Shown piece after piece: positions 1-9,306 of a stretch of 11,190 nt of DNA; the stretch's first letter is position 1; each line of letters starts with the position of its first letter. Source of the stretch: Octopus sinensis (lineage: Eukaryota); contig NW_021827030.1 of assembly GCF_006345805.1 (NCBI RefSeq), positions 1 to 11,190 of the forward strand. Direction: 5' to 3'. Position numbers and translations under genes: made by a program. Below the pieces are notes generated by a model. It did no database searches, was not told where the DNA came from, and saw only the letters and a program-made list of their open reading frames with translations.

Positions 1-10
1 GGTACTTATA

Positions 11-60
11 ATTCTTTCTACTATAAAGGCCTGAAATTTGTAGGAGGGGGGCTAGTCAAC
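11..60 (-). mobile_element. 3' tail fragment of a tRNA-derived octopus-type SINE
   Basis: The reverse complement reads gttgactagcccccctcctacaaatttcaggcctttatagtagaaagaat. This resembles the tail I recall for the SINE family whose head is at 2875-2996 (gactagccccctcccc..aaatttcaggccttgtgcctatagtagaaagg). The match is from memory, not from a search. Confidence 0.55.
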
Positions 61-127
61 CCTTTTTTCTTTTGTGTGTTTTTAGCAATAGTAATAATAA
101 CGAAATACAACAAGCGGATTTATTACA

Positions 128-168
128 ATGGCGGAAGCGGACGTTATCAAACCAACAGCGTATGCCCG
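128..168 (+). CDS. Candidate first coding exon (MAEADVIKPTAYA + CG, phase-2 intron); product unknown
   Basis: acaATGG is a strong Kozak context (A at -3, G at +4). It is followed by a donor-like CCG|GTAATT at 168/169 and sits in a local CpG cluster within AT-rich DNA. Unspliced, the frame stops right away (CGG TAA). No downstream exon was identified. Confidence 0.4.
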
Positions 169-402
169 GTAATTTTAATAAGTTTTCCGTAATTTTGGAT
201 GACATTATTTCAAAAGTCTTGTAGAGTGTTTGGGATCAGTACTTTGTGGTGGGTTGATGGGATTTAGATGTGATTTTGAAATGAGGAGTAGATAGACAGC
301 CGACAACGGATGAAGGGTCCTTTCTGTGTTTACTCGTCCTGTTTTCCATTTTTTTCTCGTTGTTTACGTATTTCATGTTATTTGTACCCATATATGCATG
401 CA

Positions 403-840
403 TGTGTGTGTGTGTGTGTGTGTGTATTACATTCTGAAAACTTTTTTTTAACCAATTGACCGTTACCCTAAAAACTCTTCTCTTCACCGTTTTGTATCGT
501 GTGGTTGACCGTTGCTAACCACTATACCAAGTCACACACACACACACACACTGCAGTATTCACATAAGCATTCACAATTGACCATAACCTCTCTCTGTCT
601 CTCTCTCTCTCTGATTCTCTTATGCTCTTCACCTTAACTTCCTCTCTTTTTTTCTTTTTGTCGGACATTTTGATGTCCCTTTCATTCTCTCGGATTTTTT
701 CCATCATGCTCCATCCCTTCTCTTTATGTGTGTGTATGCGCGTGTGTATATGTCTATAAGTGTGTTTGTTATGTATATGTGCATATATATATGTGTGTGG
801 GTGTGTATATATATTATATATACATACACACACACATACA
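403..840. repeat. Cluster of dinucleotide microsatellites: (TG)n 403-424, (CA)n 533-551, (CT)n 589-612, mixed TG/TA/CA 724-840
   Basis: Directly visible tandem repeats. Confidence 0.95.
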
Positions 841-1172
841 TATTTTAAAGTTTCCCCGTCTCCCTCCGTTCCTCTCACCCTTACCCACACCTTCCTCCTC
901 TCCCTCTCCCCCTGCTGGATCTCCATTCCAACTCATCCTAATGAAATCCTGTTATCACAGCAATACAGTAATTAACAGACCCAATTATCTAACACTACCT
1001 TACACTCCTAACCCCCACACAACACGCGCGCACGGATCATCCACGCCACTAATCCGACACACCCCACCCTCCATCCTTAATTCACCAACACCATCACATT
1101 CATCATCACCATCATATATTGAAAGGATATTTTTATCGATATACCCAATTTATTCAATATATAACCCCTCTT

Positions 1173-1225
1173 ACACACACACACGCACACACACACACAC
1201 AGACGCATACACACACAGTCTCTCT

Positions 1226-1262
<37 letters not shown>

Positions 1263-1360
1263 GCACACAGTCTTATTCATACACAAACACGCTCTCTTAA
1301 ACAGACACACGCATTCAGGACACGCTTGCACACTCATTCACACATACTTTTACATAAAAA

Positions 1361-1392
<32 letters not shown>

Positions 1393-1766
1393 TTCGCCCA
1401 CACACGCTCCCACACACTCGAACACCTCCAAACCAAAATTGCTTCACAGAACGAAATTAACTTCGTCCTGACCGCTTTGATAAGGAGACTACTACTACTA
1501 CTACTATTATTACCACTACTACTTGTGTGTGTGTGTGTGTAGTGTATGTGTGTTTATAGGTAGATACACATGTTTGGCAGTATATGCAAGTCTATGAGTA
1601 TGTGTGTGTGTGTGTACGTACATATACATACACAAAGTGAGAGCTAGGAACACACAAAATGACTGATGCGACACTTCGAAGTCACTCTCAGCTTCTTCCT
1701 ACATATTAATCATTCTGTACTTTAAGTTAATGTTTTATTATTATTATTATTAGTAGTAGTAGTAGT
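1173..1766. repeat. Microsatellite cluster: (CA)n/(CT)n 1173-1262, (CA)n 1364-1391, (ACT)n ~1488-1503, (TG)n ~1523-1540, (ATT)n(AGT)n ~1736-1766
   Basis: Directly visible tandem repeats. Confidence 0.95.
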
Positions 1767-1796
1767 AAATAGCTTTATGTAAACATGCATGTGTGT

Positions 1797-2197
1797 GTGT
1801 GTGGTAGGAAGCTTGCTTCCCAACCACATGAATCCAGGTTCAGTCCCATTACGTGGCACCTTGGGCAAGTGTCTTCTCCTATAGCCTCGGGTTGACCAAA
1901 GCCTTGTGAGTGGATTTAGTAGACGGAAACTGAAAGAAGCCCGTCGTATATATATATGTGTGTCTGTGTGTGTTTATTTGTGTCCATGTTTGTCACCCCC
2001 CACGCACACACACACACACCATCGCTCGACAACCGATGTTGGTGTGTTGACGTCCCCGTCACTGGGCGATTCGGCAAAAGAGACCGATAGAATAAGTACT
2101 AAGCTTACAAAGAATAAGTCCTCGGGTAGCTTCGTTCGACTAAAAGTTGTGCTCCAGTATGGCCGCAGTCAAATGACTGAAACAAAAGAAAAAAGAA
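1797..2197 (+). mobile_element. tRNA-derived CORE-type SINE (family A), near full length, extreme 5' end replaced by (GT)n
   Basis: Colinear with the copies at 7764-8163 and 10751-11170. It has a B-box-like ggttcagtccc, a CORE-like ccttgggcaagtg, the body gacggaaactgaaagaagcccgtcg, an internal (TA)/(TG) tract and an A-rich tail (ctgaaacaaaagaaaaaagaa). Confidence 0.9.
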
Positions 2198-2198
2198 A

Positions 2199-2345
2199 TA
2201 TATATATATATATATTCACACACACACACACATATATATACATATATATATATACATACACGCATCTGCAGACCTATATTTGCATATATACACACGCATG
2301 TATATGTTAACATACGTATAGATACACACACACACATATACATAA
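2199..2345. repeat. Compound (TA)n/(CA)n microsatellite
   Basis: Directly visible. Confidence 0.9.
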
Positions 2346-2609
2346 TATATTCGCAGCCTAAGTACACAGTAATGTTTTATCGTTGTCCAGCCTGTTGTGT
2401 TTACACTTGATTAATTTTAATTAACTCTCCACTGCTCCAACCTCTCGGTGCTTTGTTAAATAAATGTTTCACTGGAACTCTGGCAGACAACGGCAGCAGA
2501 CAGCGACGAAACTCGTGGACATTCGCTTTGTATTCAGAGTTAGAATAATATCTCTTTTGCGTTTGTTTTGCAACCACCTGTGAGGTGTGATTACACCCCA
2601 ACCATTTTC

Positions 2610-2829
2610 TCTATCTATCTATCTGTCTGTCTGTCTGTCTCTTTCTATCTACCCTCCTTTCTATGTTTATGTCTATCTACCTTGCCCTCTCTCTGTCTAT
2701 CTGACTGTCTAACTATCTACCCCTTTGTCTGTCTGTCTGTCCTTGATGGTCTATCTATCTGTCTCTCCCGCTATGTGCCTCTCTCTCTTTTCCTTTTCTT
2801 CCTTTCTGTTTGCTCTTTTTTTCCCTTCC

Positions 2830-2860
<31 letters not shown>
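2610..2860. repeat. Polypyrimidine tract of (TCTA)n/(TCTG)n/(CT)n
   Basis: Directly visible. Confidence 0.9.
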
Positions 2861-2864
<4 letters not shown>

Positions 2865-2874
2865 CATCCATCTA

Positions 2875-2996
2875 ACCCCGAAAGGATGAAAAACAAAGTC
2901 GCCCTTGGTACAATTTGAACTCAGAACGTAGCGGCAGACGAAATACTGCTAAACATTTCACCCGGCGTGCTAACAATCCTGCCAGCTCAGCGCTTT
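2875..2996 (-). mobile_element. 5' head of a second tRNA-derived SINE (family B), 3'-truncated
   Basis: The minus strand reads aaagcgctgagctggcaggattgttagcacgccgggtgaaatgtttagcagtatttcgtctgccgctacgttctgagttcaaattgt...gactttgtttttcatcctttcggggt. It has A-box-like and B-box-like (gagttcaaat) Pol III motifs and matches the octopus SINE head as I recall it. Confidence 0.8.
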
Positions 2997-3028
2997 AATA
3001 ATAATAATAATAATAATTAAAGCGAGAA

Positions 3029-3345
3029 GGCGCGTGGCGAAGTGGTTAGGTTATTCGGCTCACAATCGTATCACCGTGAGTTCGATTTCCGGCGAAGCGT
3101 TGTGGCGTTGAGCAAGACATTTTATTTCACGTTGTCTCAGTCCATTTAGCTGTCGATAATGTGTTGTACCTGTAACTCAAAGGGCCGGCCTTGGCACACT
3201 CTGTGTCACGCTGAATCTCGCTGAGAACTACGTTAAGGGTACACCTGTCTGTGGAGAGCTCAGCCACTTGCACGCTAATTTCATGAGCAGGTTGTTCCGT
3301 TGATTAAATTAACTGGAACACCCGTCGTTGCAACCGACTGAAACT
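3029..3345 (+). mobile_element. tRNA-derived SINE (family C), near full length
   Basis: A-box TGGCGAAGTGG at 3035-3045 and B-box-like GAGTTCGATTTC at 3078-3089, followed by a CORE-like ttgagcaagacatttta. The head is homologous to 8806-8920. The anticodon-loop-like CT-CAC-AA resembles tRNA-Val(CAC), which is an inference. Confidence 0.8.
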
Positions 3346-3357
3346 CGGACCCTAAGA

Positions 3358-3403
3358 TACACACACACACACACGATGCATTATATATATATATATATAT
3401 TAT

Positions 3404-3435
<32 letters not shown>
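3358..3435. repeat. (CA)n followed by (TA)n microsatellite
   Basis: Directly visible. Confidence 0.95.
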
Positions 3436-3527
3436 GTTCATCAAAATTTAGATTCAGATGAATATGGTACTTAAATCAGAGAACCAGAAATTTGTATGGC
3501 ATTATCCTTATAAATCCATGGGGTGAT

Positions 3528-3637
3528 TATAATCAAAATAAGCAACAAGTAATACTTACAATGTTTAATAAAATAGAGTAGTATGAAACGATTGTACCAC
3601 ATTACCTAAGATATACTTGTTGCTTATTTTGATTATA
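3528..3637. repeat. Perfect 24-bp inverted repeat with 62-nt spacer (possible tiny MITE or hairpin)
   Basis: 3528-3551 TATAATCAAAATAAGCAACAAGTA is the exact reverse complement of 3614-3637 TACTTGTTGCTTATTTTGATTATA. Confidence 0.9.
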
Positions 3638-4149
3638 TATATATGAGAAAAGGTTAAGTTCTATTTCATCCTTTACTTTGGAAGGCTCCAAAGGTCGATT
3701 TCTAATAAAGATTCTTTATTATTACATTGGTAGCTTACTGTTGTATTTTTCGGAATATGAAAATGTTACAAGTATAAAGTGTGTTACGAGTTTCTATAGG
3801 ATACGTGTTCCATAAACGGCCATAACACACTTTATATACACACACACAAACATACATGTATATATACATGTGTGTGTGTGTGATAAAGATGGTATTGCAT
3901 CATTTGCATAAAACTCTAACGACAGCACCGCCACCACCGAAAAGACAACCACCGTCTCCACCGCCATCGCTGCTACCATCTCTCTACTGATATCCCCCAA
4001 CCCCCTCTTTCATTTAACTTTACTTCCTCCAGCCACAACTCTTTCGTTTTAATTAGGTTAATATCATTTTAATTAGAGATTTCTTTGTTTGGCCTTATTT
4101 TTTTTTAATAAAGTAATTCGATTTAACTTTTGAAACAGCATTTGATTGT

Positions 4150-4443
4150 GTGGTTGATAAATACACACACACACTCATCACGTGTGATATATGTAAATAG
4201 GTATACACATACATACACTACGCATACATATGTTTGTAATATATACACACGTTTATATATATATATATACACATATATACATATATATACACACACGTAT
4301 GCGTACGTATATACATGTATGTGTATACATATGTATATATATATAAAGATACGTATATGTATATATATATACATATATATATATACATAGATAGATATAT
4401 ATGTGTATATATATAATATATTATATATATATACATACGCATA

Positions 4444-4477
<34 letters not shown>

Positions 4478-4544
4478 CGCATATCTATATATATGTATAT
4501 ATATATTATATATATACGCATATATATATATGTATGTATATTTA

Positions 4545-4579
<35 letters not shown>

Positions 4580-4600
4580 TATAGTATTATCACAGACACA
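4150..4600. repeat. Long compound (TA)/(CA)/(TG)/(CT) microsatellite field, including a 40-bp period duplication of acatacgcatatct(at)n at ~4431-4490
   Basis: Directly visible; atacatacgc occurs at 4431 and 4471. Confidence 0.95.
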
Positions 4601-4751
4601 CATGAGTGTGTAATAGCAATTATTTTCGTAATTAATTATGCTTGCATATTTTTATATATAATTACTTGCAATCAAGTGTATGGGTGAGGCAGGTGCTTGT
4701 GTGCATCGGTATGTGTATATGTGCACATTCGAATATGGGGAGGGGGTGTTT

Positions 4752-4768
4752 GCGCGCGCGCGCGCGCG
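4752..4768. repeat. (CG)8 dinucleotide tract
   Basis: gcgcgcgcgcgcgcgcg is directly visible. Confidence 0.95.
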
Positions 4769-5029
4769 ATTGAACTGTCAATCACTCCTGTTGCCAGGTA
4801 CTGAGTGGGACAGTCTTAGATAAGAAGCAGTATTTCGCAATATATCTGTTGGTTTCTCCAAGAGTATTATGGAACCGACAGTGTCGCGTTACGCCTTACA
4901 TTCGCAGCACCGACTTTCGGAAACCGATAAATAAATAAACAAATAAATAGATAAAATTAAATAAAAAAAAAAGTAATAAACGTGAAAGCAAAACAATAAA
5001 TACAAATTTAATGGAACAACTGCTCGGTG

Positions 5030-5331
5030 CGTGTATATGTATTCATATATAGGCGCACGTACATTTTTGTGTGCGTGTATGTGTGTGCGTACACAAATAC
5101 AGACATACATATATATCACTATACGTTTATTTGTGTGTGTGTGTGTCTGTGTGTGTATGCGTGCACTCCCTCCCTCCCTCCCTCTCTCACACCACACACA
5201 CACATACACAGCCTATCGCCAACGATGTTTACATCTTACAAATTTGATGAAAAGCTAGCGGTATGTAATACCCTCTTATACACTCTTACGCATATACATG
5301 CTTATATGTACACACTCACACGCATACATAC

Positions 5332-5374
<43 letters not shown>

Positions 5375-5497
5375 GCACATACACTTACACAAACACACAA
5401 GTGCATATAAGTCTGGGTGTGTATCTATGTATATATATATGTGTGTGTGCGTGTGCATATTGATATATATTTACGTGTAGTCATCTGTATATATGTA

Positions 5498-5546
<49 letters not shown>

Positions 5547-5690
5547 ACACTTAAATCCACTTACATGCATATATACATACACATTTATTTACACACACGT
5601 ACACACACATATACAGCTAAGCTAAGATCAAAGTGTAATACATGTAAGTAGGTATATATATATATATATACGGTTATATAAATCTCTCTT

Positions 5691-5773
<83 letters not shown>

Positions 5774-5970
5774 CTCTCTCTCTCTCTCTCTCTCTTTATA
5801 TATATATATATATATTATATATGTGTGTGTATGTGTATGTATATATATATGGACACATACACATATATAAATGTGTATAATATGCATGTGTCTGTATATG
5901 TCTTTCTCTCTCCCTCTCTCTCTCCCTCTTTCACTCTTCCTCCCTCTCTCTCCCTCCCTCTCTCTCTCCC
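5030..5970. repeat. Compound microsatellite field (TG, CA, TA, CT, CCCT)
   Basis: Directly visible. Confidence 0.95.
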
Positions 5971-6059
5971 TCTGATTCTGGTTTTCATCTTTTTATTCCA
6001 TCCTTTTCATCTTATCGATTTCATTCATCTTTTGCTAAATGACCAGATATTAAAGCATG

Positions 6060-6107
6060 TATGTATGTATGCATTATAGGTTTGCATGCACACACACACA
6101 CACACCC

Positions 6108-6187
<80 letters not shown>

Positions 6188-6437
6188 CGTGTGTGTTTAT
6201 TAAGTCCTCCTTAATGGTGAATTACCGCCAATTGTAATTTACGATGTTCGGTTGGTAACTGACGTTGGTGGGTACACACACACGCACATGTCTATAAAGC
6301 TAACGTGTGGGTTGTGGGTTGTGTTGTGTGCGTGTATACATACACACGTGTAGTAAGTAAGCACATATGTACATATATTTATACATATGGAGATGCATTT
6401 ATTTGAAATATATATGTATGCCTATATATATATACAT

Positions 6438-6469
<32 letters not shown>

Positions 6470-6562
6470 TTTATGCATATATATTAACACACCACACACA
6501 CCTTCTACAAATATGCAAACTAATTCTTCAGAACATTATTGTTGCTGTTGTTGTTATTGTTG

Positions 6563-6605
<43 letters not shown>
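6060..6605. repeat. Microsatellite cluster: (CA)n/(TA)n ~6087-6185, TA/CA ~6360-6500, (TTG)n(ATT)n ~6537-6605
   Basis: Directly visible. Confidence 0.9.
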
Positions 6606-6739
6606 GTGTAATTGTAACACTTGCACTTTATTTTCCATTCTCACGTCATTCGTTTGTACTCTGCGTTGTTGGGGGGCTGGAGTGGGAGTAGCCACTGGCT
6701 GTAAAGGGGTCAAGAATGAAAGAGAAAGTTAACGCGGGT

Positions 6740-7130
6740 GCTAGTGAAGGTGGTGGTGGTGGGGTGGGGTGTACGAATCGCTGTTGCAGCCGGAGTAAGG
6801 TCATTGAGTAAAGAAAATGAGATGGTGATGATGGTGGTTGTAAGGACGGTGGCGGTGGTGACGATGATAACGTTATTGATGGCGATAGTGGTGGTGATGA
6901 TGATGATGATGATGCCGACGATGATATTTAACGTTGTTGGTGATGATGATGGTGGTGGTGGTGGTGGTGGTAGCTGTAATAATGATGTTGGAGATGGTGG
7001 GAGCGGTGGTGATGGTTGTAATGATGATGGTGGTGGTGTCGATGATGATGGAGGTGGTGGTGGTAGCGGTGGTGATGGGTGTAATGATGATGATGATGAT
7101 GGTGGTGTTGGAGATGGTGGTGGTGATAGA
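6740..7130 (+). repeat. Degenerate (GGT)/(GAT) trinucleotide array with higher-order sub-repeats
   Basis: agcggtggtgatgg occurs at 7002 and 7065, and gttggagatggtgg at 6987 and 7107. The array accounts for the poly-G/D/M/V/H ORFs in the track. Confidence 0.9.
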
Positions 7131-7221
7131 GGAAATGGTTTTTAAGCCGCGTTGCCAAAATTGGAATAGAATTGAGTTTTAGCTTCTTTCACCTCCCACA
7201 CCTAAAAACCCATCGTCTCTT

Positions 7222-7392
7222 CCACCATCACCATCATCATCATCATTAACATCATAGCCGCCATCATCATCATCATCATCATCGTTTACAAATGCATAAA
7301 TCTTGTACGTCTTGTTTGATGTTGTAGTTGTTGTATGGTGGTGGTGGTGGTGGTGGTGGTGGTGATAGTTGTTGTTGGTTGTGTGTGTGTGT
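7222..7392. repeat. (CAT)n tract, then (GGT)n/(GTT)n/(GT)n
   Basis: Directly visible. Confidence 0.9.
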
Positions 7393-7763
7393 TTGGTAAT
7401 CTGGCCGAGTGCCATCCATATATAGATAGAATCGAACGTAGACAAACACACACACACCTCCTACGCAAAAACGTGGACCCCCCACACCCACCCACACACA
7501 CATAGCACATACGTATACATAAAACTATAATCTACACACACACAACACACGTGCACCTACATTGCTACTGCTCCTTTTTTTGTGTATGTTTCGGCGCATG
7601 CGCACACACCCTCAGCTGAATGGGCATATTTGGGCCAGGGTGAGATGAAAGGAAGTTGTGTGCCACAACTGTAGTGGCTAATTTGTACTCTTGCATACCT
7701 ACAAACATTCATACATACACGTAGGTGTATATATATGTGCATACATACATACATGAATACGTA

Positions 7764-7940
7764 GGCGAGGGCGTGGCTGTGTGATAAGAAGCTTGCTTCC
7801 CTATCACATGGTTCCGGGTTCAGTCACACTGCAAGGCACCTTGAACAAGAGTCTTCTAGTATAGCCTCGGACCAACCAAAGCCTTGTCAGTGGATTTGGT
7901 AGACGGAAACTGAAAGAAGCCCGTCGTATATATATATTTG
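7764..7940 (+). mobile_element. Family A CORE-type SINE, 5' half with intact head (first unit of a tandem dimer)
   Basis: The head ggcgagggcgtggctgtgtgataagaagcttgcttcc has an A-box-like tggctgtgtga and a B-box-like gggttcagtc. The body runs to gaagcccgtcg(ta)n. Confidence 0.9.
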
Positions 7941-7945
7941 TATGT

Positions 7946-8163
7946 GTGTGATAAGAAACTTGTTTCCCAACCTGGGTTCAAGTCCTAATGCGTGACACCT
8001 TGGGCAAGTGTGTTCTACAGTTCCAGGCCTACTAAACCTTGTGAGTAGACGGAAACTGAAAGAAGCCTGTCGTATATAATATATATATAATATATACACG
8101 TACATATTTGTGTGTGTATGTGTTTGTTTCCCCACCATCGCTTGGCAACTGATGCTGGTGTGT
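7946..8163 (+). mobile_element. Family A SINE, second unit of the dimer; internally deleted and 3'-truncated
   Basis: It restarts at gtgtgataagaaacttgtttcccaacc inside the first unit's internal microsatellite. It contains ccttgggcaagtg and gacggaaactgaaagaagcc, and ends at gatgctggtgtgt. Confidence 0.85.
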
Positions 8164-8805
8164 AAATTTCTATTAAGTTTTTTTTCTGTTTTTTTATTTA
8201 TTTATTTAATAATTATCTTATGATTTTCTGAATGAGACACAAAGCCAGATATGTTTTTAAATGCAAGACCATGTGACTTGGACTGTGTAATATTCAGGGT
8301 GGCGTCTGAGAAAGACTCATAATCACAATAATTCATTTGCTGAAAATCTCTCCTTTCTTTATTAACGTGGGTTAAGTAGGACCGGTGGGTCAGGCCAGAG
8401 AAAGGCTCGGCTGCTTACCCGTATGGCCGTAAAGATCCATTCGAAAGATTTGTATCTGGACAATCTGGAGAGACAGAGAAAAGAAGAGCTAAAGAAGATA
8501 CTAACCGAGGTCTAGTCTAGCGGTGGTCTGCTCTTGATCAGGTCTCCTATGCACATGCACAGGACCTGTTCACGGGCAGTCCAACCTTCTCCAGCACTCT
8601 CTATACCACCTTGGCGTGTCCTTGCCTTCCCTGGTGCCGTGAAGATTACTGAAACTTCGGTTACCATGATTAGATTTGGAATCAATACTGAAGCGGTTTC
8701 CAGTTGCCTTCTTTCAGGCAGGTGGGATTTGAATACAAAATATAGAGAGCGGATGATATACTGTAAAGCATCTCTGTCAACGCACCTATGTTTCTGCCCC
8801 TCACC

Positions 8806-8920
8806 GACCCGTGTGGTCTAGTGGTTAAGGTGTTACGCTCACGATCGCTAGATGGTGAGTTCAATTCTCGGGCCGAGCAACGCGTTGTGTTCTTGGGCAG
8901 AAAATTTCATTTGACGTTAC
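8806..8920 (+). mobile_element. Family C SINE head (tRNA-like), 3'-truncated
   Basis: A-box TGGTCTAGTGG at 8814-8824, loop CTCACGA, and B-box GAGTTCAATTC at 8857-8867. It continues as gcgttgtgttcttgggcag..atttcatttgacgtt, aligning with 3029-3135. Confidence 0.75.
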
Positions 8921-8989
8921 CTTGCGGGTGGGAGAGTAGCAGAATCAAGTGACTGAGGCAGTAGCCACAAAAATGGTTGGTTGGGAGCT

Positions 8990-8991
8990 TT

Positions 8992-9027
<36 letters not shown>

Positions 9028-9028
9028 T
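8990..9028. repeat. (ATTT)n tetranucleotide microsatellite
   Basis: Directly visible. Confidence 0.95.
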
Positions 9029-9306
9029 GGGTGGGTTTATTTTGGAAGGAGGAAATGAAAGAAGTACAAAAGAAGGAAAAGAATCATGAAAACTTTGCAA
9101 AATCAACGGAATTTCTTTTTCTTCGTTCTGACATCATTGATGGTTAACGGAAATTTCGTGGCAACCTGTCTCTAGGACCACAAGTAAGGGGGAGAAAAAG
9201 ACCCACTTAGAGAGACGTGGGTGTGCTCTGAAGTACCGAAACGTCACCTTTTCAATTATGCATGGGGTAGGTTGGCAACTTAGCGGTTGATTCTCAAGCG
9301 TTAGAC

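Noticed and set aside
4780-4930. Acceptor-like ctcctgttgccAG at ~4797 followed by unique sequence
   Set aside because: In frame with the 128-168 candidate it gives an immediate stop (CGG TAC TGA). The other frames give no recognisable peptide and there is no good donor.
6738-7182. Gly/Asp-rich 135-aa ORF and antisense poly-His ORF as a structural or metal-binding protein
   Set aside because: They are fully explained by the (GGT)/(GAT) array. Several frames on both strands are open and the listed start is not ATG.
7594-7603. NRF1-like palindrome GCGCATGCGC
   Set aside because: It is a single motif next to a (CA)n run with no other promoter evidence, and it could arise from purine-pyrimidine repeat decay.
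236-7754. The many 60-190 aa ORFs in the track (poly-IY, HT, VC, LS, poly-H/G/D/M)
   Set aside because: They are translations of di- and trinucleotide microsatellites that lack stop codons in some frames. They show no domain-like sequence or splice context.
8423-8515. Loose resemblance of MAVKIHSKDL…RKEELKKIL to the N-terminus of ribosomal protein L35
   Set aside because: It needs an insertion, ends in a stop after 30 residues, and the conserved downstream L35 sequence is absent. It is probably coincidental.
8806-8878. Possible tRNA-Val(CAC) gene
   Set aside because: The acceptor and anticodon stems are broken, and the sequence continues into the SINE body shared with 3029-3345. It is a SINE head, not a tRNA gene.
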